From: Verrucomicrobiota bacterium
GTDB taxonomy: Bacteria; Verrucomicrobiota; Verrucomicrobiia; Methylacidiphilales; CAMAQI01
Assembly (NCBI GenBank): GCA_040388725.1
Contig: JAZKBH010000137.1
Coordinates: forward strand, 46,258 to 82,859
DNA: 36,602 nucleotides
Reading direction: 5' to 3'
The translations under genes were made by a program, and so were the position numbers. The notes beneath the pieces are model-generated. The model was given only the letters and a program-made list of their open reading frames with translations. It was not told the DNA's origin and searched no databases. Below, one piece after another: positions 1-8,940 of this stretch (position 1 is the stretch's first letter; every line of letters begins with the position of its first letter).

Positions 1-1
1 A

Positions 2-1972
2 GTAGTCAGTTACAACGCCACCACACCCAATTCGGGATACCAAGTGTTCCAAGGGACATTCACTCCCACCACAGACCCTTTACGGATTCGATTTTATCCG
101 ACGACTTCCACCACCAATAGTGAATTCTATGTTCGCCGAATCAGTTTCAAGCCCGTCAATGGAATTGATGATCGCCCCGCTCTTGATTTGGGGCCTTTTT
201 ACGATTACGCCTCCATAAAAGAAAATAACGGCTCTCCTAATCCAACCCCTACCAATCTCGCCAATGATGTTAATATGACGGGAACGGTTCGAACGATCGC
301 CTTTGCGGCCATGATTACATTGGAGCCCCGATTCATCAATCTCGCCATCCAGTACGGTGATGCGATTGCCTCCATTTCTCCCAGTGCCGGAGATGATACT
401 GCCCAGCGAGCGCGATTAATGAGTTTAGCTTATATCTATGATTGGCTGAACGATCAGCTTTCTTCGAATGAAAAAACAAAGCTTCAACTCGCGATGGTCG
501 CCCAATTCAACTATCTAGAATCTCAATATCATTTCTTTTCTGCTCCCGTCTATACGGGAGGCCATAGTCGCTATGCCAATGTTGTCGCCTTGGGCTCTCT
601 GCTTGCGATGAACGGAGAATATCCTTCGGGATTCAATGGACAGGCTTGGCTCAATCAGATTCACGATAATTGGACCAATGGCTACAATCCGTTCCAATCC
701 TGGGTCGCAAGCAAAGGAGGCTACCATATGGGCTGGGACTACAGCTCCGGCTACACGGATATCGAGCCCTATTTATTCTGGAAATCGGCAACAGGCGAGT
801 CGTGGTGTGAAAGCTGGAGACGTGAACTCGCCTCGTTTTATTACTACGGAATTCGAGGAGATGATACCTTCTCCCCGTCAGGAGATTCCTGGGCCATGTA
901 CATGGATTACGATAAGCTTCCCATCTGCCTAGGAAGTGCAGCGCTTGGGGACTGGTACGCGGTGAACTTCATGAACCGATACAATCTTGCCATGGATGGT
1001 TACAATTATTTTTGGCGAATTTTGCTTATGAATGAGAACGCCTACAATTGCGTCCCTCCACGACCTCTGGAATCGCTTCCAAAAGCCAAATGCTTTGGGC
1101 CTTCCGGATTTGTTGTCGCAAAAGATCAATGGGATCTTCCGAACAGTACTCACTTAACATTTAAATCGACCTCTTTTTATTCTCTCAATCATCATCACAA
1201 AGATCAAAACTCCATTGTGCTTCACTACAAAGGTCCTCTTCTTTTGGATTCGGGAGATTATGATTCCTATGCCAGCAATCACTGGTGGAATTATTACACC
1301 CGAACAGTCGCTCACAACACGATGATTGTTTATGATCCGAGCGAGCAATTTATTGGTGCGACCGTTCCCCGATCCAATGATGGCGGCCAAAAGTTTGTGG
1401 AGGATAATGCCCTTCCCGTCGGAAATGAGCCGTACACCCTCGCTCAAGCTCAAAATCCCAAATATGCTTTCGATGGAATAACCGCGTTCACTTCCACAGC
1501 CACCTCTTGCTCCATGAAAGGGGATGCATCTAAAGCGTACAATTCCTCCAAAGTGCTTAATTATACTCGAGAAATTGCCATGACCTATGTCTCTCCTCTC
1601 AATAACAATAAGCCGCTCATTAACATCAAAGACCACGTCGTTCTTGCCGCGAACAAACAAACTTTAATTCCGAAAATTCTCTTCCATTGTAAAAACCCTC
1701 CGATTATTAACACCACCGCCAAAACCGTGCAGATCGAAAATGATAACGGAGGAGGAGTTGAAATTGATGTGGTTAGCCCTACAAATGTCACTTTCAATGT
1801 CGTGGGAGGAACAGGAAATGAGTTTAGCGTGAATGGAGTCAATTTTGCTCCGGACGTCACTGCCGCAAATCCTCTGAAACCGACGGAAACCGGCGTCTGG
1901 CGCATCGAAATTTCTCGAAGTACACCCGGAAATTCCGACTTCGAATTTAATCTCAAAGTTTATGATCGATAA
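2..1972 (+). CDS. heparinase II/III-like (polysaccharide lyase-type) protein, 5' end cut by the window edge
   Basis: The frame is open from nt 2, with no stop upstream of the GTG at 44. The C-terminal half carries the heparinase II/III-type block NHHHKDQNSIVLHYKGPLLLDSGDYD...AHNTMIVYD, echoed in the 8941-10977 ORF. Confidence 0.75.
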   Translation, partial: VVSYNATTPNSGYQVFQGTFTPTTDPLRIRFYPTTSTTNSEFYVRRISFKPVNGIDDRPALDLGPFYDYASIKENNGSPNPTPTNLANDVNMTGTVRTIAFAAMITLEPRFINLAIQYGDAIASISPSAGDDTAQRARLMSLAYIYDWLNDQLSSNEKTKLQLAMVAQFNYLESQYHFFSAPVYTGGHSRYANVVALGSLLAMNGEYPSGFNGQAWLNQIHDNWTNGYNPFQSWVASKGGYHMGWDYSSGYTDIEPYLFWKSATGESWCESWRRELASFYYYGIRGDDTFSPSGDSWAMYMDYDKLPICLGSAALGDWYAVNFMNRYNLAMDGYNYFWRILLMNENAYNCVPPRPLESLPKAKCFGPSGFVVAKDQWDLPNSTHLTFKSTSFYSLNHHHKDQNSIVLHYKGPLLLDSGDYDSYASNHWWNYYTRTVAHNTMIVYDPSEQFIGATVPRSNDGGQKFVEDNALPVGNEPYTLAQAQNPKYAFDGITAFTSTATSCSMKGDASKAYNSSKVLNYTREIAMTYVSPLNNNKPLINIKDHVVLAANKQTLIPKILFHCKNPPIINTTAKTVQIENDNGGGVEIDVVSPTNVTFNVVGGTGNEFSVNGVNFAPDVTAANPLKPTETGVWRIEISRSTPGNSDFEFNLKVYDR

Positions 1973-3208
1973 TCAATCCGAAGAGTTTTTTAAGAGATTA
2001 TTAAAGAAATCTTCCATCGCAAAAATGCCTGCACCGACGGCCTGTTGATTTTCGCCTATCACGGAGACTTGAATTTTTTTAGAGGGAATTCGTTGAAGCC
2101 ATGCCGCAGATGCCATCTCTAAACGACGTAATAAGTCCTTGGAAAAACGCTCATCCCACGGCTCCCAGATAATCGCATCAAAAGAAAATAAGGTGCTGAT
2201 ATTTCGAAGGGCCGCACTGAAATCTTCCAGTCCTCGATGAATTTTTTCGACAATTTCCCGATCTCCCTTGACGTAGCGATCCCATAACATCTCTAAATCT
2301 TTCTTGCGAGCCTGAACGGATCGAGAGGGATCACTCCAAGTTCTTCCCACGAGTCTTTCTGAAATCACATCCGGCGTTGCGGTTGTCGCCAAGCATCCCT
2401 TTTCACCGCAATAACAATAACTCCCCTCTCGATTGACTTGAAAATGGGAAAGCGATCGACTCCATTGAACAGGGCCTTCATAAAGACTTCCCTCTAAAAT
2501 CATTCCCACTCCTAATCGGCGAGTGACATACAACAAACTCGGATTCACAGGTAACTCGGGATTCATCCATCGCTCCGCCAAAACGGAAACGTGGGCATCA
2601 TTAATCACTTTGACCGGACAATCCGATAACTTTCGAAGCTCTTCTAAAAAAAATCGCGCTTGTTCGAGATTTAAAAAATCATTCGTGGAATAAATATTGG
2701 TATGGTCCGAAAAAATATCCCCTGAAACCGAAACGCCTATTTCCACTAATTTCCCGTTGGAAATTGACTCGATCATCTTTTGAATCGATTTAAGTAATTT
2801 CCGAATTCCTTTTTCCGGAGTTCCTTTTACATCTCGAAAATCATTGGGGAATCGTTGATGAGCCACTTCTTCAAATGAAGGGTTAAGGAGAACTAAATCG
2901 ACTTCAAAGCCAATCGAAATTCCTAAACTATAAAATCCTTCTCTCCCCACCTTTAACATCTGCTGAGGTCTTCCCCGGCCCGGTGTGGCGACCCACTCAT
3001 CGGTTCGAAGTACGCCTATTTTTAAAAGAGACCGAATCATCTCGGTCATCGAGGAGGGACTCAACCCCAATTCTTCGGCGAGTTGGGCACGCGAAAGTTG
3101 ACGGTGTTTCCGAACACATCTCACCGCATCCCGCATGCTACGATTCCAGTAAATACGCCCTTTTTTAATGCGGGAGGAGGAGATGGCTAAATTATCTTTT
3201 CTTTTCAC
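1973..3208 (-). CDS. ROK-family transcriptional regulator
   Basis: N-terminal winged-HTH (LSRAQLAEELGLSPSSMTEMIRSLLKIGVL) followed by a ROK sugar-kinase-like body with the zinc motif CYCGEKGC. GTG start. Its stop abuts the stop of the convergent upstream gene. Confidence 0.85.
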   Translation of the reverse strand: MKRKDNLAISSSRIKKGRIYWNRSMRDAVRCVRKHRQLSRAQLAEELGLSPSSMTEMIRSLLKIGVLRTDEWVATPGRGRPQQMLKVGREGFYSLGISIGFEVDLVLLNPSFEEVAHQRFPNDFRDVKGTPEKGIRKLLKSIQKMIESISNGKLVEIGVSVSGDIFSDHTNIYSTNDFLNLEQARFFLEELRKLSDCPVKVINDAHVSVLAERWMNPELPVNPSLLYVTRRLGVGMILEGSLYEGPVQWSRSLSHFQVNREGSYCYCGEKGCLATTATPDVISERLVGRTWSDPSRSVQARKKDLEMLWDRYVKGDREIVEKIHRGLEDFSAALRNISTLFSFDAIIWEPWDERFSKDLLRRLEMASAAWLQRIPSKKIQVSVIGENQQAVGAGIFAMEDFFNNLLKNSSD

Positions 3209-3318
3209 AGGATTTTCTTCGGTTGGATTCTCGGAGTCTCATTGAACTCCCCTGTGAAATCAAGTCTTATTACAATTACTGTACTATGTTTGCTCTTTTC
3301 TCTTTTTCACTGAAAGTT

Positions 3319-4152
3319 TTATCCCTTCACCGCTCCTGCGCTGAGCCCTTTCACAAAAAGTTTCATCGTAAAAAGAAAAATAAGAATAAGGGGAAACGAA
3401 GCAATCAGAAAAGCCCCCATGATTTTCCCCCAATCCTTCACATATTCTCCATCGAGATAGATCAGTCCAACCCCGATGGTAAAAAGATGATGATCTCTCA
3501 AAACAATAAGAGGCATCAGAAAATCATTCCACTGTCCTAAGAAAGCCAGAATAAAGAGCGTTCCTATAATCGACCCGCTCATCGGAATCACCACATGACG
3601 AATTTGAGCGAAATGCCCCGCACCATCCATCTCTGCGGCTTCAAAAAGATCTTTCGGGATCTCTTCGATAAAATTCCGAAGAATAAAAATATTAAAGACT
3701 TGTCCCCCTGCAATTCCGATAAGAATAAGGGCCCATAACGTATTTAATAATTTGAGCGATTTAAGAAGTTGGAAAAGAGGGACAATATTGGCCACGCTCG
3801 GGAGAAGCATCAAAAGCATGAGTACTCCCCAAAATAAACGACTCAAAGGCATGCGATATCGTGCAAAAAAATATCCCCCCATGATCGCCAATGCCAACGT
3901 ACAAAGAGTTCCCGTCACTGCCACGAGAACGGTATTCGCAATATAGGGAGCGATGAGCTTGAATCCAAAGATCCAATTTTCAAAATGGAGTTCTCTCCAA
4001 GAATTCGGAAACCACGGATTCTGCAAAAATTCTTCGTTCGTCTTCAAACTAATCTGCACCATCATATAGAGAGGAAAAAGCTCAATGCATAAAAGTCCCC
4101 CAATGGCGAAATGCTTGAGAAAATCACTTTTTTGCTTCCCCGAAGAATTCAT
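3319..4152 (-). CDS. carbohydrate ABC transporter permease (MalG/UgpE-like)
   Basis: Multi-pass membrane protein with the EAA loop EAAEMDGAGHFAQIRHVVIP. Its start overlaps the stop of the upstream permease by 4 nt. Confidence 0.9.
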   Translation of the reverse strand: MNSSGKQKSDFLKHFAIGGLLCIELFPLYMMVQISLKTNEEFLQNPWFPNSWRELHFENWIFGFKLIAPYIANTVLVAVTGTLCTLALAIMGGYFFARYRMPLSRLFWGVLMLLMLLPSVANIVPLFQLLKSLKLLNTLWALILIGIAGGQVFNIFILRNFIEEIPKDLFEAAEMDGAGHFAQIRHVVIPMSGSIIGTLFILAFLGQWNDFLMPLIVLRDHHLFTIGVGLIYLDGEYVKDWGKIMGAFLIASFPLILIFLFTMKLFVKGLSAGAVKG

Positions 4153-5099
4153 TTTTCTACTCTCACATATTTATTTTGAATAAAAGTCAGGATCAAAATA
4201 AATCCAAAAAGGATAATCCCGATTGCACAGGCATAACCAAATTCTCCTGCCACAAAAGCCCGGTTATACATCCAAAGTCCGGGAACCATCCCTTTTCCTC
4301 CTGCTCCTCCATTTTCTCCTAGTAATAAAAACTGCAGATAGAAATCTCTCAAGGTTCCGATCACCATCAAAACCAAAGAAATTCGGACCTGTGTCATTAA
4401 CAAGGGAAATTCGATATAAAGAAATTTTTGAAAACTATTCACCCCATCCAATTCCGCCGCCTCATACACTTCGGCGCCAATGCTTTGGAGCCCTGAAAGA
4501 AAAATAAGAACTCCGATCGCACCGATCCAAGGAAATCCCCAAAGAATCAAGGAAGGAATGATCAAGGTGGGGGTGCTGAGCCAAGCGGTCGGGACACCGG
4601 TTTGAAAAACTCCCCCCCATCCGCAAAAATGATCGAGATGGATGAGGACTGTTTGAAGGCCCGTCCTATTTAGAAAATGGTTGAGAACTCCGAGATTCGG
4701 ATCGAAAAAAAACTTCCAAATAAACAAAGTCACCATGCTCGGAATAATCATCGGTAAAACCAAGAGCACTCGATAGACATATTGCCATTTCTCGCACGTT
4801 AACCGATGCACCATCACAGCGGTAAAAATCGACGGGATCATTTTGACCATATTGGCGAGAATGAGAATAAAAACGGTCCCAAAGGAGTGCAGGAGCGTCG
4901 GATCATTCCATGCGCGGCGAAAATTATCCAATCCTACAAATTGCTTAAAGTCTCCTCCCTGCCAGTCAAAGAAACTATGATAAATCGCATTGATGGCCGG
5001 ATAGTAACAAAACAATCCCACCAGGAGGATGGATGGAAGAATGAATAAATAAAGTCGCCATTCCAGGAGCGCTTTTTTCCGAGATAATGAGTAGGACAT
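4149..5099 (-). CDS. carbohydrate ABC transporter permease (MalF/UgpA-like)
   Basis: Membrane protein with the EAA loop EAAELDGVNSFQKFLYIEFP. I prefer the ATG at 5099 (MSYSLSRKKALLEW...) because the longer track ORF would overlap the upstream binding-protein gene. Confidence 0.88.
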   Translation of the reverse strand: MSYSLSRKKALLEWRLYLFILPSILLVGLFCYYPAINAIYHSFFDWQGGDFKQFVGLDNFRRAWNDPTLLHSFGTVFILILANMVKMIPSIFTAVMVHRLTCEKWQYVYRVLLVLPMIIPSMVTLFIWKFFFDPNLGVLNHFLNRTGLQTVLIHLDHFCGWGGVFQTGVPTAWLSTPTLIIPSLILWGFPWIGAIGVLIFLSGLQSIGAEVYEAAELDGVNSFQKFLYIEFPLLMTQVRISLVLMVIGTLRDFYLQFLLLGENGGAGGKGMVPGLWMYNRAFVAGEFGYACAIGIILFGFILILTFIQNKYVRVEK

Positions 5100-5104
5100 G
5101 ATCG

Positions 5105-6706
5105 TTAAGGTTTCGTGTTGTATCCCGCTTGACGAAGATCGTATTGTCCACGCATCCAATGGCTCTCCGCCATCACCATATTTTCATTCATCTCCGCTAT
5201 TTTATTTTCTAAATGAGAATCGTGTGGATCCTGTTTTTGAAGTTCAAGAAGCGCTCCAAATGCGGTCTCCATTCGAAATGTATTACGAAGAAGTCCACGG
5301 ATATTATTCCGACTATCCTCCGCAAGGGCCTCTGCGTATTTCGGCTTTAAGGCAGAGATAAAGCGGTCGACTCCTCCGGTTACCTGATAAAGCTGATTCA
5401 GCTCGTTCTCGACCACTCGTTTCACATTGGGGGACCACTGCAACGCAAAACCTTCTGGATAACCATTTAATTGAGGCTCAAACGCTTTTAATTCTTCCGG
5501 AATTTTGACTCCAGCAATCGCAGGAAGCCATCCACTTCGATTCACAAAGATTTGATTTCCAATGCGCGAACATAAAAACCGCTCAAAATCGAGCGCAACG
5601 TCAAAGGACTTTGAACTTCGAGGAATTCCAAACCCTCCAAAAGCTTTGGTGCTTGCCTCAGAAACAGGTCCTAAAACATATTTTCCAAATCGGGGTGAAG
5701 CCGGCGATGGACTCGGTAAAGCACATACCCCCACGGTAAATCGACCCTGTGTTTCTGTACGAACACTGGAGCGATCCCAACTTCCGCTCGCAATCATCAC
5801 CGCCCGTTGCTGCACAAAATAAAAAGTGGCATCTTCACGTTGGAGCTGCATAAAACCGGGCTGCATATGGAGTCCGATTTCATGCATCATTTCGAGCCCG
5901 GATCGAATTTCCGGATCATTCAAACTCCATTCGTTTTCCCAATAGCGAGGCGTCAAAATTTCTACATCGGGACGCAAAAGATATCCCATCGAAGGTCGAT
6001 CGACCATGCGTTGGGTTTGAGTGGAAAAAAATCGCCCGACCATAATCGCTGAATTGTATTTAGATCCTGCGATCGGAATCACGACCTCACCGCTCTTTTG
6101 AGCATAATCCTGAATCTGGTGGCAAAGTTGAAGGAAGGCATCGTAATCCGTAGGAAGATCATCCCGGCCTGAAATTTTTTTCAATAGCTCTTTATTGTAA
6201 AAAAGCCGAATGACATGCATGGCAAAGGGGGCTGAATAATACTCCAGAAGATTAGGATTATACGCTCCCTCCATTCCATCTAAATAAGTCTCTCTCCACG
6301 GAAGTTTTTCCAGATCCGTCCCCTGATTATAGGGATTCGATTGATTCACATAAGGAGTTATCGGTACAAAATAACGCGCAAGCCGCTCATCGGTGACTCC
6401 TCCGAGTAAAACCAAGTCGGGAGCGGTCTCTCCCACAAGCTGGGTAATAATCCAGTTGGTATAAATTTTTTCGGGAACCGGTTCCTGAATCACCCGAACG
6501 TTGGGATGCAATCGCATATATTCTTGCGCTACCGCATCAAATCCTTCTCGAATTCCTGATTCCAATTGCCAATGAGAAAAACGGATCGTCGTCAATTTCG
6601 GATCCGATTCCTCTGAAATTCGTTGAAACATCCTGGAAAGGGAAAGGATAAAACAGAGTCCGATGAGGCTAAATCCTATGCCTGCAAAAATTTGATCTTT
6701 TTTCAT
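5105..6706 (-). CDS. extracellular solute-binding protein (family 1, sugar type) with N-terminal membrane anchor and long C-terminal tail
   Basis: Hydrophobic N-terminus (IFAGIGFSLIGLCFILSL) and an SBP_bac_1-like body, sitting in an operon with the two CUT1 permeases. About 100 aa longer than typical binding proteins. Confidence 0.8.
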   Translation of the reverse strand: MKKDQIFAGIGFSLIGLCFILSLSRMFQRISEESDPKLTTIRFSHWQLESGIREGFDAVAQEYMRLHPNVRVIQEPVPEKIYTNWIITQLVGETAPDLVLLGGVTDERLARYFVPITPYVNQSNPYNQGTDLEKLPWRETYLDGMEGAYNPNLLEYYSAPFAMHVIRLFYNKELLKKISGRDDLPTDYDAFLQLCHQIQDYAQKSGEVVIPIAGSKYNSAIMVGRFFSTQTQRMVDRPSMGYLLRPDVEILTPRYWENEWSLNDPEIRSGLEMMHEIGLHMQPGFMQLQREDATFYFVQQRAVMIASGSWDRSSVRTETQGRFTVGVCALPSPSPASPRFGKYVLGPVSEASTKAFGGFGIPRSSKSFDVALDFERFLCSRIGNQIFVNRSGWLPAIAGVKIPEELKAFEPQLNGYPEGFALQWSPNVKRVVENELNQLYQVTGGVDRFISALKPKYAEALAEDSRNNIRGLLRNTFRMETAFGALLELQKQDPHDSHLENKIAEMNENMVMAESHWMRGQYDLRQAGYNTKP

Positions 6707-7515
6707 TTGGATGCCACGCTCCCCATTTCACGTAAAATCATCTGTACTTGATAGTGTCGTGCATCTCGCTGAAATTCTTTTAAAAATTTTGAAAAATAGA
6801 GGATTGAAACGTCTCGTTTTCCTAACTCCCGCGCAATCATCCCCATTCTCACGTAAGTATCCGCGCGATTCATGAAACTATGGATCCCTGCTTGTTCAGC
6901 AGCGATGAGATGATTTAAAATGACTTCTTTGTTACCTCCAAATCGAATCATGTAATCTGAAATTAATTCATGATAACAAACCGCTGTGGAAGGATTCCGA
7001 ATAAACCCCTTCAATTCTTCCACCTCTTCTAAGCGATGGAAAATTTCGCCTTTTTCTAAATTCCCATACAAGCGAAGAAGCACGACTTGAATCAATGCGC
7101 GTTGAGAAATGGGATTCAAAGGAAAGTCATGAAGTAATTCTTTATAAATTTTTTCTGCCCTTACCAAGTCGGGCCTCTCCTGATGAATTTGCATAATGCG
7201 TCCCCTATAATATTTTGCCGCAATTCCCCTCTCATCATCCCCTTTCACTTCCTCGACTCGACGAAAAAGCTCTGCCGATCGTTGGATATTTTCTTCCGTT
7301 TTCGGTTGCACATTCAAGAGCAGAAGCGCTTCAATATAATTTTCCTCCCGCTCCGGGAATCGTCCTTGTTGACGGACGGTCTTTAAATCCTCGTGTGCTT
7401 CGTTAAAAAGAAATAAAGACGCATCATTCCAAATTTTCTCTTCTGTTAGAGAGGTCGCATAAGACCCTTGAAACAAACCCATCAGGACGAGTAGAAATAA
7501 GAAAAGATTTTTCAT
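6703..7515 (-). CDS. secreted helical-repeat (TPR-like) protein of unknown function, first gene of the ABC operon
   Basis: Signal peptide MKNLFLFLLVLMGLFQGSYA followed by helix-rich repeats. ATGA overlap with the binding-protein gene. Confidence 0.55.
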   Translation of the reverse strand: MKNLFLFLLVLMGLFQGSYATSLTEEKIWNDASLFLFNEAHEDLKTVRQQGRFPEREENYIEALLLLNVQPKTEENIQRSAELFRRVEEVKGDDERGIAAKYYRGRIMQIHQERPDLVRAEKIYKELLHDFPLNPISQRALIQVVLLRLYGNLEKGEIFHRLEEVEELKGFIRNPSTAVCYHELISDYMIRFGGNKEVILNHLIAAEQAGIHSFMNRADTYVRMGMIARELGKRDVSILYFSKFLKEFQRDARHYQVQMILREMGSVASK

Positions 7516-7596
7516 GAAAAAGAGCCTATTGGAATCGAGATCGTCGGTTTAAAATATCCCAAGCAAGGTAATCAATGCCGATCCGAGAGTCAAATT

Positions 7597-7612
7597 AATT
7601 AATACATTAATT
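7597..7612. promoter_or_regulatory. 16-bp near-palindrome AATTAATACATTAATT in the divergent promoter region of the glycan locus (candidate operator)
   Basis: Exact reverse complement of the 16-mer at 13671-13686. Nested within GTCAAAT-N-ATTTGAC (7589-7627). A TTGACT (7622-7627)-16 nt-TATTTT promoter-like pair follows on the + strand. Confidence 0.3.
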
Positions 7613-7764
7613 GTAATATATTTGACTTTACGAGGATTTTTGATATTTTAATTCCAGAGCCTGTAAGCCCTCTGCTTCTTTTCTATGAACTTCTCTCTCT
7701 CATTTATTTTAATTTTAATCTTCGTATCCCGTTCGATATTTTTTTCTTTCCGACCTTCTTTCCT

Positions 7765-8916
7765 ATGAGCTATTCATCCCGAATTATTCAAAGATGGGAT
7801 TGGTCGATTAAACCGACCAAACACTATCGGGTCCTTGTTCAAGCACTCCCGCCTTTTCATTCTACTCCCCATACTGTTGCGATCGCCCAGTGGTTTGAAA
7901 AACTTCCTCCCGCCAATTCTCCTCGATTCCCCGAATCCCTGAAATCCCTCTATCTGCGCCCAATCTCTACGGGATGGTCCCTTAATTTGATTGCTCCCCG
8001 AAAAGCCCGATTTCTTCAAATCTCTCTTTACCACTGGACTCAATTAACGCCTCCCCCTGCAAATCAATACGAGGCCCAGATCGATGAAATTCCTCTTCTT
8101 TCCCCTAAAAAAGTGACTCTCGCTGTCGCCTATCAAAACCATCCTCTTAAAACAACTTGGGCAAAAAATGTCGCATTAACGTGTAAAACGATCGAAAATG
8201 CCGGGCAAAAAAAAGTAGATCTCCTGTGTTTAAGTGAAAATTTTCTGAGTCGTGGGGTTCAAGGTTCTCTCGAAACACTGGCGTGCGAAGTGGATTCTCC
8301 ACGGCTGACACCCGTTCTTAAAGCCATTCAAAAAGCAAAACTCTACGCGGTCTTCGGATTCAAAGAAAAAGAGCAAGACCATTACTACACCACGGCAGTC
8401 CTGGTTTCGCCTCAAGGAAAAATCATCGGAAAATATCGAAAGCGCTATCTCACCTTTTCTGAGCTCTCCGATGGAGCCTGCCCCGGCGATGATTTCCCGG
8501 TTTTTGAAACTGAAATCGGAAAAATCGGGATGCTGATTTGTTGGGATTCCTGGTTTCCTGAAACAGCTCGGGCCCTCGCGCGAAAAGAGGTCGATATCAT
8601 CTGCATGCCAATTGCTGGAAATGGAAATCCCCATCATTGGGAACATGCGTGGCGGGCAAGAGCCATCGATAATCAACTTTTTTGGATGGCAAGCGTCACA
8701 GGGAATTGCGGGGGTGTGGCACCAAGTCGAATCATTGCTCCCGACGGTGCTCTCTTGGCCCAAACAAAAAAAGCAAATGACATTGCCTTTGCCACCGTCA
8801 TACTTCGCCATCCTCAGGAAACCTATTGGCTCTCCATTGCGGACTGTTACGCCGAAACACGTAATATTCTCAATTACTCCCATCGTCCCGAAGAAATTTT
8901 ATCTCCTCTTTCTTAA
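7765..8916 (+). CDS. carbon-nitrogen hydrolase (nitrilase superfamily) with ~120-aa N-terminal extension
   Basis: Glu-Lys-Cys triad contexts are visible: LLCLSENF, YRKRYL, MLICWDSWFPE. The first ~120 aa lie outside the C-N hydrolase fold. Confidence 0.8.
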   Translation: MSYSSRIIQRWDWSIKPTKHYRVLVQALPPFHSTPHTVAIAQWFEKLPPANSPRFPESLKSLYLRPISTGWSLNLIAPRKARFLQISLYHWTQLTPPPANQYEAQIDEIPLLSPKKVTLAVAYQNHPLKTTWAKNVALTCKTIENAGQKKVDLLCLSENFLSRGVQGSLETLACEVDSPRLTPVLKAIQKAKLYAVFGFKEKEQDHYYTTAVLVSPQGKIIGKYRKRYLTFSELSDGACPGDDFPVFETEIGKIGMLICWDSWFPETARALARKEVDIICMPIAGNGNPHHWEHAWRARAIDNQLFWMASVTGNCGGVAPSRIIAPDGALLAQTKKANDIAFATVILRHPQETYWLSIADCYAETRNILNYSHRPEEILSPLS

Positions 8917-8940
8917 AATCAACCTGCTCTTCAAAACTTT

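Noticed and set aside
8230-8883. Long antisense ORFs inside real genes: 217 aa at 8230-8883(-), 168 aa at 1154-1660(-), 186 aa at 27115-27675(-), 137 aa at 22314-22727(-)
   Set aside because: They lie opposite ORFs with clear family signatures or run across non-coding repeats. Their products are low-complexity or Arg/Gly/Ser-rich, as expected for antisense frames. I see no start-site context or recognisable motifs.
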